The notes below the pieces were generated by a model that worked only from the letters and a program-made list of their open reading frames with translations, was not told the DNA's origin and searched no databases. The position numbers were made by a program, and so were the translations under genes. A stretch of 64,000 nucleotides of DNA from Terrimicrobiaceae bacterium (lineage in GTDB: Bacteria; Verrucomicrobiota; Verrucomicrobiia; Chthoniobacterales; Terrimicrobiaceae): NCBI GenBank assembly GCA_045403045.1, contig JAXIPG010000028.1, forward strand, positions 8,086 to 72,085, written 5' to 3'. Below, piece after piece: positions 54,603 to 64,000 of this stretch. How positions within the stretch are numbered: the first letter of the stretch is position 1; each line of letters opens with the position of its first letter.

Positions 54603-57584
54603 TCAATCCACCAACGTCCAGCGCACGGCGCAATTGGAATGGGATTCCCAGTAAGGATGCAGGCTGAGGCCGTTGGTTTTGGTGACAGCCTTGTCTTTCC
54701 CGTATTCCACGCTTGCGCCCTCGCCGTCGCCGATCTTGAACACGAAGCCAAAGTTGGTTCCAGCCTGGAGCTTGAGATCCGCGAGCTCCGATTTTGGAAT
54801 CGCCATTTCGTAGAGGTAAACGCTTCCGTTGCGCTTGACCACATGGCGCGCCGCCTTCGCGACTCCCGTCGTGTTCTTCCCACGCGGCTGGCGCGGAAAG
54901 TCGTGTATGCGCGGCACACCCGGCGCCAGATGACGCCAGAGTTCGCTCTTGCCTCCCTCACAACCATAGAGACTGAACTCGTAATCAGTGTCCGGCACCG
55001 CATGGAACCCATAAGGCACCCGGTCGGCGTCCCCGTCCATGTCGTGCCAGCCGTCTGTCACGTCAAAACCGACCTGCAATCGGTCTCGGCGGAACGGCAA
55101 GGCCGGGAGGTCCGGCTGGCGCGGGCTTTCGGGGCTGTCGGCATAGACATACGGCACCTCGGCGAAGCTTCGACCGGGCGCATTCTTTGCAAGCCAACTC
55201 TTGTACGGTTCGCGCTCGTCGGAGGCCTTGGTATGAAAATACTTGTTCTCATCGCGACCTTCCATTGGCAGCGCATTCTTTTGGCCCGTGGGATCGTTCA
55301 CCTCGGCGCAGATGTAGAGATTGTCTTCGTCCCAGGCCATCTTGAGGCGGCCCGACACAAGACCGGGGTGCGCCTCTTTGAGCGCCAGCCACGGACGACG
55401 AAGGACCTCGATACTGTCCACGCTGTCATCCTTACCAAGGACCGTCACGCCGGGAATTTCCTTCCACTCGTCGAGATTGCCATCAACGGTGATCGTCGCC
55501 TTAGGCGCCACGGCGCAATTGAGCGCCTCTTTATATTCCGCGTTGCCGGCATCGGAGGTAAAATTGAATTTGAAGGGATAGGCGCTCGATTCCTGGGGCC
55601 TCGCTTCCTTTACAGGGAAAGTCACGGTCTTGGTTTCGCCTGCGGCGAGTTCGACCTCCTGAGCGCTGGATTCAAGCGTGATCTCCGGCGGAGCCTCGAC
55701 CATCAGTTTGCCCTTGATGGGGCGGTTAATGCAATTGTGCAAGCCTACGGCCAGTGCGGCTTCCTTGCCCGTGAGTCGGGTCGTGAAATCGCGCGGCAAA
55801 ATCTCGACAGGACGTTTGCCGCTGATCTGCAACTTGGCCAAACGTTCCGCGGCAACCTTGGGGCCTTTCGCGCAGGTAATGTAGGTGGGGAAGACACTCA
55901 TCGGCAGCTTCACCTCTTTCTCTCCAACGTAGTACGGGTTGCCACTCAAGTCGTAGAACTGAAGCAGCCCGTCAGCGTTGTCGATGATCATTTCGCCGCC
56001 CGGCGAACCATCCACTTGCGCCCACAGCCGGTCTCTCACATCGGTCGAGCCGACGGTGAGAAGCTGGCCAAAGAGCACGAGCAGGGCCTTAGGGTCGTGG
56101 TCTTTCCCGAACTGGAAGACCCATGGCAGGTGATTTTGGAAGACGATTTTCTCGAACGGCCGGCCCGTCACGAAATAGTTGAACGCAGCCGTGGCGGCCA
56201 CCACGGGACTGGGGATAATGGATTTCTCGTTTCCGCCGGGGACATTCTCAAAAAGGACCCGCGGATGCCACGGCGACACGTGATTCTGGCCGGAGGCCAA
56301 GATCTGCGCTACGCCCTGGGGCAATTGATACTCCGTGCCCACAAACCAAGTCTCGGTCTCCATCGATTCTTTGCCGCGGGCGCGTGCAACCATTGGCCCG
56401 TAACACCCCCTAGGCACCACGTAGTGATCGGTAAAGACATCGATATAGTGATCGAATTCCTCGGAGCCGTCTGAATAGAGCTTGTCCTCGGTGTTCATGA
56501 TCGAAGACGTCCCGAGAACGCGCACCCTTGGGTCGACCGATTTCGCAGCGCGAGAGATGAGCTTCTGGATCTCGCGGTATTGGAGGCAGTCCCGCGCCCA
56601 GCCGGAGATTCCGCCGCCTTCCCAAGGTTCGTTGTAGTTTTCCACACCCCAAAGCGCGCCGTTGCCGTTATCCCAGTAACGCTTGACGAACTCTTTCATC
56701 CATTTCTCGTATTCCGGGTAATATTTCGGATCGCAGACCCAGTCCGACCTGCCGCCATACGGGCTGCCATCCCAGCCGGGCTCAACCGCTGCTGGAGTCT
56801 GATTCGGAGCGAACGGCCAGCTCCAGTCCGGAGTAGCCCCTGGCGTAGACATGATCTTGCAACCTGCCTCTTTGGCTGCGGCGAACATGGGATCGTATTC
56901 TTCCCATTCGGGCGTGCCGTCCTTCTTTGCATTCCAGCTTCCCTCCGCCCGCCAGCCCCGAATACCCATGCGTGCATATACTTTGGCCTTCCACGGCTTG
57001 TCGATAAATCCGCCTTCGCCGAAAATCGGGACATTGTCGATTGTGCCGTCAGCCCGTTGAGCGGGCACGCGGGCCACCGTGCCAAGGAACTGGCGCTCGC
57101 TGCCACGGCAAAGGATCAAGGCGTAGGTGCCGAAGCGCCTGGGGACAGGCAGATTCTTGAGTTCGACCGGAATCTCGTCTCCGCGGCTGAAATCCACCGC
57201 GAAATCATGCTTCACCGGAGTGCCGATCAGGTCGAAAAGCGGCGCTTTGCCGCTTGTATCCATCCACCCCTTCATACCACCGGCAACTTTCCCGGTCCGG
57301 GTGCCGACCTCCTGAATCTCCAGCGAGAAAGAAACGTTTCCGTTCAAATCGCCCTTCTTGAACGCAAGCTTGAGATCAACCGGTTCGTCGCTCAAAAATA
57401 GCTGGCCCGGCGCGTTGCTTTCCACGAGACGGAAGCGGTCATTCGGGAGCGAGCATTTCAACTCCTTTATGTTCTCGTCCTGGATCATGATCTCATCAGC
57501 CCGGATTGCAGCGACAGATGCGAAGCAAACTGCCCCGATCAAGAGGGTAAAGCGGATTGTTGTGAAGATTCTTGCTTTGTTCAT
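54603..57584 (-). CDS. Secreted ~993-aa glycoside-hydrolase-like protein with CBM9/DOMON-like C-domain (paralogue B)
   Basis: ATG 57584 gives MNKARIFTTIRFTLLIGAVCFASVAAIRA. Collinear with 46210..49197 over the whole length. Confidence 0.7.
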   Translation of the reverse strand: MNKARIFTTIRFTLLIGAVCFASVAAIRADEIMIQDENIKELKCSLPNDRFRLVESNAPGQLFLSDEPVDLKLAFKKGDLNGNVSFSLEIQEVGTRTGKVAGGMKGWMDTSGKAPLFDLIGTPVKHDFAVDFSRGDEIPVELKNLPVPRRFGTYALILCRGSERQFLGTVARVPAQRADGTIDNVPIFGEGGFIDKPWKAKVYARMGIRGWRAEGSWNAKKDGTPEWEEYDPMFAAAKEAGCKIMSTPGATPDWSWPFAPNQTPAAVEPGWDGSPYGGRSDWVCDPKYYPEYEKWMKEFVKRYWDNGNGALWGVENYNEPWEGGGISGWARDCLQYREIQKLISRAAKSVDPRVRVLGTSSIMNTEDKLYSDGSEEFDHYIDVFTDHYVVPRGCYGPMVARARGKESMETETWFVGTEYQLPQGVAQILASGQNHVSPWHPRVLFENVPGGNEKSIIPSPVVAATAAFNYFVTGRPFEKIVFQNHLPWVFQFGKDHDPKALLVLFGQLLTVGSTDVRDRLWAQVDGSPGGEMIIDNADGLLQFYDLSGNPYYVGEKEVKLPMSVFPTYITCAKGPKVAAERLAKLQISGKRPVEILPRDFTTRLTGKEAALAVGLHNCINRPIKGKLMVEAPPEITLESSAQEVELAAGETKTVTFPVKEARPQESSAYPFKFNFTSDAGNAEYKEALNCAVAPKATITVDGNLDEWKEIPGVTVLGKDDSVDSIEVLRRPWLALKEAHPGLVSGRLKMAWDEDNLYICAEVNDPTGQKNALPMEGRDENKYFHTKASDEREPYKSWLAKNAPGRSFAEVPYVYADSPESPRQPDLPALPFRRDRLQVGFDVTDGWHDMDGDADRVPYGFHAVPDTDYEFSLYGCEGGKSELWRHLAPGVPRIHDFPRQPRGKNTTGVAKAARHVVKRNGSVYLYEMAIPKSELADLKLQAGTNFGFVFKIGDGEGASVEYGKDKAVTKTNGLSLHPYWESHSNCAVRWTLVD

Positions 57585-57659
57585 AGTCTCGATTGGTTGA
57601 CTTTCCATAGGCTCGATCGGTTGCTTTCATCTCCGGGTGTCGATGCGATGTAAGTGTCT

Positions 57660-58853
57660 TTATCGTCGCCGTCGGGACCGGGCTTCGACCTTCCCAGAAG
57701 TAGAGCCAACTTGAGGGGAGGGCAGCGCTCTCCGTCCTCGTTTTCGCGACTGCGCTTCCGGTTGCCTTAGCGTGAACTCGCCTGCCGACAACCGGGCGGG
57801 ACGTTCGCAATTGCTTGTTAATTCGATATGCTTCCCCGCGTGGGAAGCCTCGTGGATAGCATGCATGATATCCAAGACATGATAGGCCAAATCGCCGCTT
57901 GCGCGGTGGGGGCGCTCGTCACGCTGGGCCAGCGCCATATCGGCCACGCCGAGCCCCCGCCAGTTTTCCACAAGCTCGCTGTTAAGCGGCATCTCTCGCC
58001 ATTCGCGCGCGTCGTGCCGCCACAGACGTACTGGTCCCCCGAACCCGTTGGGATCTGGGACACTCAGCGAGCCCTCCGAGCCGTAAATCTCGATTCGCGG
58101 GAGATTCGCATCCCACACGTCGAAGCTCATGATCATCGAGCAAACCGCCCCGCCAGCAAAATCGATGACAGCGGTGATATGTGTCGGCACTTCAACCTGG
58201 ATCTTCGCGCCAAACTTCGGCTGACTGGTGATCGTTCGTTCCGGAAAACTGATCCGCGCCGATCCCGTCACGCGCTGTGCAGGCCCAAGCAGCGCCACGA
58301 GCGCTGTCAGGTAATAGGGTCCCATGTCGAACAACGGCCCCCCGCCGAGTTGATAGTAGAAGCCGGGATCGGGATGCCAGCTCTCATGACCGCGGCACGT
58401 CATGAACGCAGTTGCCCCAATCGGTGTGCCAATCGCCCCTGCATCCATCAGTTGCCGGCACGTTTGCAAGCCTGCGCCCAGAAACGTATCCGGCGCACAG
58501 CCCACCCTCAGTCGCTTCGCGCTCGCCAGTTCCAGAATTTTACGCGCATCCTCCCGCTGGATGGCGAGCGGTTTCTCACTATAAGCACTCTTGCCCGCTT
58601 CCAACGCCGCCAGCCCAACCTCCGCGTGCGCCTTTGGGATCGTCAGGTTGATTACGATGTCGATTTCCGGCTCAGCCAGCAACTCGGCAACCGAGAGCGC
58701 CTTCGGAATGTGATATTCGTCCGCCCGTGCCTGGGCTCGCTGCTTGTCGATGTCCGAAACCGCGACAACTTCGATATCGGCGAGCCGGCGGCTGTTTCTC
58801 AGGTAGGTTTCGCTGATATTTCCACAGCCCACAATTCCCACTTTGGCGCTCAT
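57660..58853 (-). CDS. Gfo/Idh/MocA-family NAD(P)-dependent oxidoreductase
   Basis: '[15 protein letters not shown]' Rossmann N-terminus and 'EKPLA' motif. ATGA overlap with the upstream ThuA-like gene. Confidence 0.8.
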   Translation of the reverse strand: MSAKVGIVGCGNISETYLRNSRRLADIEVVAVSDIDKQRAQARADEYHIPKALSVAELLAEPEIDIVINLTIPKAHAEVGLAALEAGKSAYSEKPLAIQREDARKILELASAKRLRVGCAPDTFLGAGLQTCRQLMDAGAIGTPIGATAFMTCRGHESWHPDPGFYYQLGGGPLFDMGPYYLTALVALLGPAQRVTGSARISFPERTITSQPKFGAKIQVEVPTHITAVIDFAGGAVCSMIMSFDVWDANLPRIEIYGSEGSLSVPDPNGFGGPVRLWRHDAREWREMPLNSELVENWRGLGVADMALAQRDERPHRASGDLAYHVLDIMHAIHEASHAGKHIELTSNCERPARLSAGEFTLRQPEAQSRKRGRRALPSPQVGSTSGKVEARSRRRR

Positions 58854-59509
58854 GACAGGGCTCCCCCGCGAGTTGCCCACAACAAACCGCGCCGGACGAT
58901 CTCACGAGCCTCCGGCACGTCAAAGTCCTTCGCCAAATGCCCGAGCGAGCAATAAAAAACCATGCCCCTTCCCCATTTGCGCTTCCACACCACTGGCATC
59001 ACGACACCTTCAATCCATGAAACAATGTCTCCCTTGAACGTCGTCGTGGCCAGCACCTCGTTCGAAGGATCGACGTGCATATAGTACTGCTCCGAGTGCA
59101 TATCAAAATCCGGGATATTGGCTACGATCGGGTCTTGATGGCTGACAATATTCACGCGGTAGTCGATGATATTGCCGGGATGCGCCACCCACTGCCCACC
59201 GACCATGAACTGGTATTCGGTATTGTTGCGAAAAGAATCCGCCATGCAACCGTGCCACCCGCCTAGCCCGACCCCGTTCCTGATCGCATCAAGCAGCCCT
59301 TTCTCCTGATCACTCGTAATCGTTCCCATTGTCCAGACCGGCACAATCAGGTCAAATTTGCCAAGCTTCTCTCCGTCCAAAAAAACATCCAGTGTCTCTG
59401 CCAATTCTGTGCGATATCCTTCTGCCTGGAGGCAGGCGGCGAATATCCCGGCTGTCAACTTTGGCTCGTGGCCATCCCACCCGCCCACTACGAATAAGGC
59501 CGATTTCAT
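58850..59509 (-). CDS. ThuA-like (trehalose utilisation domain) protein
   Basis: '[16 protein letters not shown]', '[11 protein letters not shown]', 'GGWHG', 'VFYCSLGH'. Typical ThuA pattern. Confidence 0.7.
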   Translation of the reverse strand: MKSALFVVGGWDGHEPKLTAGIFAACLQAEGYRTELAETLDVFLDGEKLGKFDLIVPVWTMGTITSDQEKGLLDAIRNGVGLGGWHGCMADSFRNNTEYQFMVGGQWVAHPGNIIDYRVNIVSHQDPIVANIPDFDMHSEQYYMHVDPSNEVLATTTFKGDIVSWIEGVVMPVVWKRKWGRGMVFYCSLGHLAKDFDVPEAREIVRRGLLWATRGGALS

Positions 59510-59699
59510 CGAAAAACCTTCTTGCCTACGAGGAACGCGACAGTGCTGCAAGCCCGGCGTAACTTGACGCAAGCCGCCCAAATGCATCAATCCGGCCTCG
59601 CGGGCATGAGCTCCAATAGCCTTCCGCGCAGTTGTCTGAGATGATATTCATGAGGCTGGTGGGCGCGGCGTGAAGTCAGCGGTGACACAAAATCGATGA

Positions 59700-59905
59700 G
59701 GGCGAGCGAGCGCTGCTTTTTATCCTGCGCAGGAAACTACCACGGAATGGACTACATGGACCGCGTACAAGCCGATGCCTGGCCACTTTTGTTTCTTTTC
59801 GGCTGTCTAGGACCAGAACTGGTCGACATAGTTTTTCAAAAGCATTTTACGGATCAGAATGTGTTGAAATGACGTCATAAGTCAAGCGAGCGTTGAAACT
59901 CGCCG
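59700..59905 (+). repeat. Upstream/leader region of the exostosin-like gene (partner copy 49318-49520)
   Basis: See 49318-49520. Collinear similarity read by eye. Confidence 0.8.
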
Positions 59906-59908
59906 GAA

Positions 59909-61075
59909 ATGGCCATGGCGATCAGCGTCCGTTGGCCTTGCCTTGACGTCCTGACTCGCTTGGACAATCATCGGGCTCTTGAAAAGAGCTTCGCAGTAAT
60001 GAAGGAGAATAACTGGACGAGTGACTTGTTACAACCTGGCCGCCCCACCGAATGGAGCCCACCGGAGGGAAAGCCGGCGGGCGTGGAACCATATTTTGCC
60101 GCCGCGTCTTCGATTATTGAATCCGCTCTTTCGGGACAGGGTTTTCACTTCCACTTCACGGCGAACATACACACCGCTCCCGACACAGGCGCCAAGACCG
60201 TCGTTTTCGTGATGTCGGAGGAAAACGGCCTTCTTCCTCGCTTTACTGGTTCAGTCGGCGCTGTCTTCAAATGCTATGGTGCCAAGCCGTTTTCGTCTGC
60301 CGAATGGCACTGGAACCATCCCTTACTTCTTGTGTCTTCGCTGGCCAGGGACGCTGTGGTGTGGAGGCGGGTGCTTGCAAGCCGCTGGCGCTGGCGGATT
60401 GATCATCTCACTGCTTCTTCGGGGCTGGCCGCCGTTTATCCTATCCAATTGGGTTACAATGCATTACCTCCGAACGAAACTCCCCCATGGGATGCTCGAG
60501 TCAATGATGTATTCTTTGCTGGAAGCACACGCCAGAAGGCAGTGAAACGCGAGAAACTTCTTCGCATTTCCAAGCCCAAAGAGATCATTCGACGCGACCT
60601 CGCACAATCCCTGGAGAGGTTCTCAGCCGCAAAGAATTGGAATCTAAAGCTCCTTCTCGCAGAGGGATTCGTGCCCCACGCGGTGGCGTGGGGTCTTGCG
60701 GCGAAGGGTACGACATTGAGTCCCGACGCCTACATGAAGGAAATGGCAAACTCCAAGATCTGCCTGGCTCCGCGGGGAACATCCTTCGAGACCTTCCGGC
60801 ACTACGAGGCCGCGAGCGTGGGCTGCGTCGTGGTTTCGGATAGACTCCCTCCAACGTGGTTCTATCGGAACGTTCCCTTCGTCTTCGTCAAAGACTGGCG
60901 GAAGCTCGATCAGCTTCTTGATCGACTATTGAAAGATCCTGCCAACCTCAAGAGACTTCATGAGGAAACGTTGAGATGGTGGAAATCCCGACTGTCTTCA
61001 GAAGCTCTTGCGGAATTCGTAATCGAGGTGCTAAGAAAACAGGCGGCACGAAGCTCTGCGTTCTGCGCTGGCTAG
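59909..61075 (+). CDS. Exostosin-like (GT47-like) putative glycosyltransferase, the intact copy
   Basis: C-terminal 'MANSKICLAPRGTSFETFRHYEAASVGCVVVSD' resembles the exostosin-family motif (S.FCL.P.G...R..EA...GC.PV..SD). Confidence 0.5.
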   Translation: MAMAISVRWPCLDVLTRLDNHRALEKSFAVMKENNWTSDLLQPGRPTEWSPPEGKPAGVEPYFAAASSIIESALSGQGFHFHFTANIHTAPDTGAKTVVFVMSEENGLLPRFTGSVGAVFKCYGAKPFSSAEWHWNHPLLLVSSLARDAVVWRRVLASRWRWRIDHLTASSGLAAVYPIQLGYNALPPNETPPWDARVNDVFFAGSTRQKAVKREKLLRISKPKEIIRRDLAQSLERFSAAKNWNLKLLLAEGFVPHAVAWGLAAKGTTLSPDAYMKEMANSKICLAPRGTSFETFRHYEAASVGCVVVSDRLPPTWFYRNVPFVFVKDWRKLDQLLDRLLKDPANLKRLHEETLRWWKSRLSSEALAEFVIEVLRKQAARSSAFCAG

Positions 61076-61109
61076 AGTTCATAAGATTCGGACCCTTTGA
61101 GCCGACCGC

Positions 61110-61236
61110 TCTGGAACCTCTGACATTCAGTGCCACGCGACCGGCCAGCCAAGTCGCAGTTCTCGCGATCTCCCTCGAGCCCAAGGAAAGCTTAGTTACC
61201 CCACGAAAGCCAGTGATTTATCCGGGGAGATTTTGA
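61110..61236 (+). pseudogene. C-terminal remnant of an RskA-like anti-sigma factor gene
   Basis: Translation 'LTFSATRPASQVAVLAISLEPKESLVTPRKPVIYPGRF*' compares with 'LTFSAAQPVSRVAALAISVEPKGGSVTPRGPVIYLGKL*' at 54226-54348. No N-terminal part is present. Confidence 0.75.
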
Positions 61237-61261
61237 AACCGTTTGTGACCGAAATCACGCA

Positions 61262-61289
61262 TTGACGTTCCCCTCCAAGCGGCTATGGT
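61262..61289 (+). promoter_or_regulatory. Candidate promoter of tRNA-Gly copy 1
   Basis: TTGACG-N16-TATGGT, about 17 nt upstream of the tRNA 5' end. Confidence 0.35.
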
Positions 61290-61305
61290 TTTGCGCGCCT
61301 AAGAC

Positions 61306-61378
<73 letters not shown>

Positions 61379-61590
61379 CCGTCCGTGATGGAGCCACGCG
61401 CGAAGCGCGAAATCGATAAGAGAGACGAGAACGCGTCCGGAAGAAAGTCTGCGGGACTGCGGTCAAGTCCTGTGCAAGCGTCATCACTCAATAGAGGGGC
61501 TGGTGCGCTGGATTATTCCGTCCCCGCCATTCATTTGTCCTGCCCTGCTGCGGAGAGGCGTGAGACGCGCAGGGGATTCCAAGTTTTTCC

Positions 61591-62059
61591 CTACGGACGC
61601 ATCAGCGGGTTTTCGCGAGGAATCCTCCGCCACGCCAGGACGCAGACAGTGCGTAGGATGATGGCGCCCGCCAGAATCGTGCCGCGAAACGTGCCGGAGA
61701 TTTTGGATGAACCGGCCATGCGCGGAAAGGAGCACGGGAATTTCGGCGATACGCAGCCCCTCCCCCACAGTGCGCACCTGCATCTCAACCGTCCAGCCGT
61801 AGCCGCGGTCCTGTATGTCGAGCCGGCGATAGGCGTCCAACGCGAATCGCCCCCTGCGAGCCGAGGTCGCGAAACCTATACCGCCAGATGAGATAAATGA
61901 GCCATTGTCCACCGCGCGAATGCAGCAGAATCCGCGCGCGTGCAATCGGCGGACGACTCTGCCAACGCACTCCTCCTCGTTATGCGCGGGAATAATGATC
62001 AGCGTCCTTTCGGCGAATTACGCGGCCGGTCGTACTTCTTGAAGGACCGTTGCTTTCAT
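61591..62059 (-). pseudogene. Decayed GT2 (dolichyl-phosphate-mannose-synthase-like) gene with in-frame stop, internal deletion and frameshift
   Basis: 'MKATVLQEVRPAA*FAERTLIIIPAHNEEECVGRVVRRLHARG..AVDNGS' (TAA at 62018-62020). It then jumps to 'GF..YRRLDIQDRGYGWTVEMQV..GLRIAEIPV'. It then shifts frame to 'RMAGSSKISGTFRGTILAGAIIL'. Confidence 0.7.
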
Positions 62060-62395
62060 AGGATCGCACGGAGGGAGAAATAAATCAGCGCCGCGAAGAG
62101 GGCTGACGGGGGAGGGATGACCCACACATGGAGCCAGAGAACGTTGAAACTTTCCGAATTCCCCTGCGTTCTGATGTCGATTTGCTCTATCGGACTTCGG
62201 ATAAAATCGGCTGACAAATTCGAAGGATCGGTCATCTGGTCTGATACCTTCACAGCTCGCACCACCCCAAAACGTGATAAACCAGACTTGGCTCACCCAC
62301 CTGACCTATCCAGTTCTGCCGCCGCGTAGGCACCCGCTGCAGAAAACCCAAAATACTGCGGTGAGCGCAATTGGGGAAGGCTCTCCCGCGCAGAT

Positions 62396-63406
62396 TCAAG
62401 GGCGGCGCCATACCCTGCCCATGGCGATAGCTGCCTTCAACGCAAGGCTCCGTTTCCGCACGACGGATTCGGAGAAGAGTCGTATCGGGTGTTCGCTGTT
62501 CTCCCAAAATCCTTTATCCGACAAACTTGGCGACTTTCCCTCCAAGGCAGCCTTTATATAGGTTCTTGCCCAAGGCTTGGGCGAGTTTACCGCGTGCGAC
62601 ATCACATAGCCGCCGGGACGAAAATCCATGCCCTCCGGTCCCAGCGTGCTGAGCGGAACGTCGGTGGTCATCACCACGATATTTAAGAGATCCTGGTCTG
62701 CTGCTTGCCAAGGCGAAGTGCGGTCCGCGCTGGTAAACGTCATAGGGTCATATTCGAACGCCCGCGCGGGATCCAGCAACGACTCCCACACGGAAAGCGT
62801 CTGCCGCAACCTTCCCGGCACACCAACGAAGCCACTATTATAGTAACGGCTTGGTGACCGCTTTTGGGTCAATCCTGCGCTGCTTGCCACCTTCAACCAT
62901 TGATAGCGCAGCGGATGATCACTCGGCAAATATGGGAAGGTGCAGTCTTCCACCAAGGCCAGCCCGTTTTGCACCCATTCCTCGAAAAAACTCCACCGGC
63001 ACTTAACTGTGATATCCGGGTCGAAGTAACACAAAATGTCCTCGGCCTGCAAAAACTGCTCGAACACTCGCCGCATGAAGATTGGTTTGTAACTGGCGAG
63101 ATGGAGCGAGGTATCAAGCGAGACAAATCGTATCTGGCAGCCATCCGCCACGGCAAAATCCGTAATGCCATCCTTGGTCGAAGCGGGCGTCGCCCAAGGC
63201 GGCAACGCGCCGCGATAACCCGCAAAGAGAGTTCCCCGGAACCCGTTCCGAAACAGAGAATTGAGCAGTGCGCCCAGACCGATGTGGTAAGTCCCCTCGA
63301 AAAGCGTGCAGACGTATGCAGTCATCTTCGCAAGGGTACCCGCCAAACAAAAGCCCGTCAATCCACCATCTGCGAACTGCTTTATCGTAGATTCCCTAAG
63401 CGGCAT
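62396..63406 (-). CDS. Putative GT-A fold nucleotide-sugar transferase (GT8-like), unknown specificity
   Basis: 'MTAYVCTLFEGTYHIGLGALLNSLFRNGF', 'YFDPDITV' (DxD-like), 'YYNSGFVGV', 'DQDLLN'. The start is either 63406 or ATG 63325. Confidence 0.45.
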   Translation of the reverse strand: MPLRESTIKQFADGGLTGFCLAGTLAKMTAYVCTLFEGTYHIGLGALLNSLFRNGFRGTLFAGYRGALPPWATPASTKDGITDFAVADGCQIRFVSLDTSLHLASYKPIFMRRVFEQFLQAEDILCYFDPDITVKCRWSFFEEWVQNGLALVEDCTFPYLPSDHPLRYQWLKVASSAGLTQKRSPSRYYNSGFVGVPGRLRQTLSVWESLLDPARAFEYDPMTFTSADRTSPWQAADQDLLNIVVMTTDVPLSTLGPEGMDFRPGGYVMSHAVNSPKPWARTYIKAALEGKSPSLSDKGFWENSEHPIRLFSESVVRKRSLALKAAIAMGRVWRRP

Positions 63407-63599
63407 CGGTCGTATCTCCAGCGGTCAGAGAGAGCGGCAACCCGCTCGCCCGCATGAACGCGCCCGCTCTGTGGCTTGAAATTTCGGCATCCGTTGCGCC
63501 AAGTCGCTCAGCCGTTCAGCGGCAGGGATTCAGTCAAGTTGCTCAGCCGGACACGTAAATCAGCACGGCGCTGAGTAGGCCGGCCGCCGGCACGGTTCC

Positions 63600-63840
63600 C
63601 AGCAGATCATTCAGGCATCCGCTGGCCTTGCCCTGACGTCCCGGCCTCGCTTCGACAATCTTATCGGGCTCATGAACGAGTTTGGCGGTAATGAAGGAGA
63701 ACAAGTAAACGAGTGACTTGTTGAACCCTGGCCGCTCTCGACGAAGCAGCCGCCGCAGGGGAAGCCGGCGTGCATGCAAACCATCCATTCCTTACCCCCC
63801 GGGGCGGAAATTCCCCGTGGGACGCTCGAACCAGTGACTG
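63600..63840 (+). pseudogene. 5' remnant of a third exostosin-like gene copy (internal deletion)
   Basis: Collinear with 59925-60100 (e.g. 'ggccttgcc.tgacgtcc', 'gtaatgaaggagaa.aa', 'acgagtgacttgtt'), then with ~60466-60520 ('ccc.tggga.gctcga'). No intact reading frame. Confidence 0.7.
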
Positions 63841-63854
63841 CCGCGAATCATGGA

Positions 63855-63882
63855 TTGACATTTCCTGCCCCGAGATTACCCT
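63855..63882 (+). promoter_or_regulatory. Candidate promoter of tRNA-Gly copy 2
   Basis: TTGACA-N16-TACCCT, about 15 nt upstream of the tRNA 5' end. Confidence 0.35.
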
Positions 63883-63896
63883 CACTCCCTCTCTTA

Positions 63897-63972
<76 letters not shown>

Positions 63973-64000
63973 AACCCTTAAGCTTTATGAGTTCATCTCG

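Noticed and set aside
62018-62395. ORFs 62018..62296 (-), 62056..62265 (-) and 62117..62329 (+) between the GT2 remnant and the GT-A gene
   Set aside because: They mutually overlap and have no motif. The 3' end of 62018..62296 is simply the first 13 codons of the GT2 pseudogene read through upstream non-coding DNA.

Overview
This is a GC-rich (roughly 55-60% by eye) chromosomal segment from a Gram-negative bacterium. The gene content suggests the PVC/Verrucomicrobiota group (huge secreted glycoside-hydrolase-like proteins, ThuA plus Gfo/Idh/MocA pairs, SigK/RskA-type ECF pair), but that taxonomic call is low-confidence inference. Layout: (1) 113-6200 holds a 1246-aa secreted GH-like protein, a secreted hypothetical and a GT4. 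(2) 6402-6830 is a frameshifted, truncated GH3 remnant. (3) 7184-14126 is a tightly packed plus-strand operon: TPR, TPR-like, ExbB, ExbD, ExbD, then a TonB-like TM/Pro-rich N-terminus fused to a vWA/MIDAS domain. This is my best candidate for an undescribed system. (4) 15013-42602 is a ~27.6-kb minus-strand exopolysaccharide locus. It encodes an OM beta-barrel, a short OPX (Wza-like), a BY-kinase PCP (Wzc-like), UDP-Glc dehydrogenase, UDP-xylose synthase, an MsbA/PglK-type ABC exporter, 9 GT4, 3 GT2, a Wzy-like protein, VanZ and a WbaP-like initiating transferase. (5) 43214-45991 holds CcsA-type cytochrome c biogenesis and a GT8. (6) 46210-64000 is a rearranged region. It contains two ~1000-aa GH-like paralogues with mosaic near-identity and three copies of an exostosin-like gene, only one intact. 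It also has an anti-sigma C-terminal remnant, a decayed GT2, and two identical tRNA-Gly(GCC) genes bracketing a stretch of decayed glycosyltransferase genes. Between the paralogues lie housekeeping genes (LarE-like, chlorite-dismutase-family, ferredoxin, DUF721, FolB, ECF sigma/anti-sigma). I recognised no CRISPR array, transposase, integrase, prophage or known defence genes. All functional calls rest on motifs read from the translated ORFs. No database search was run.
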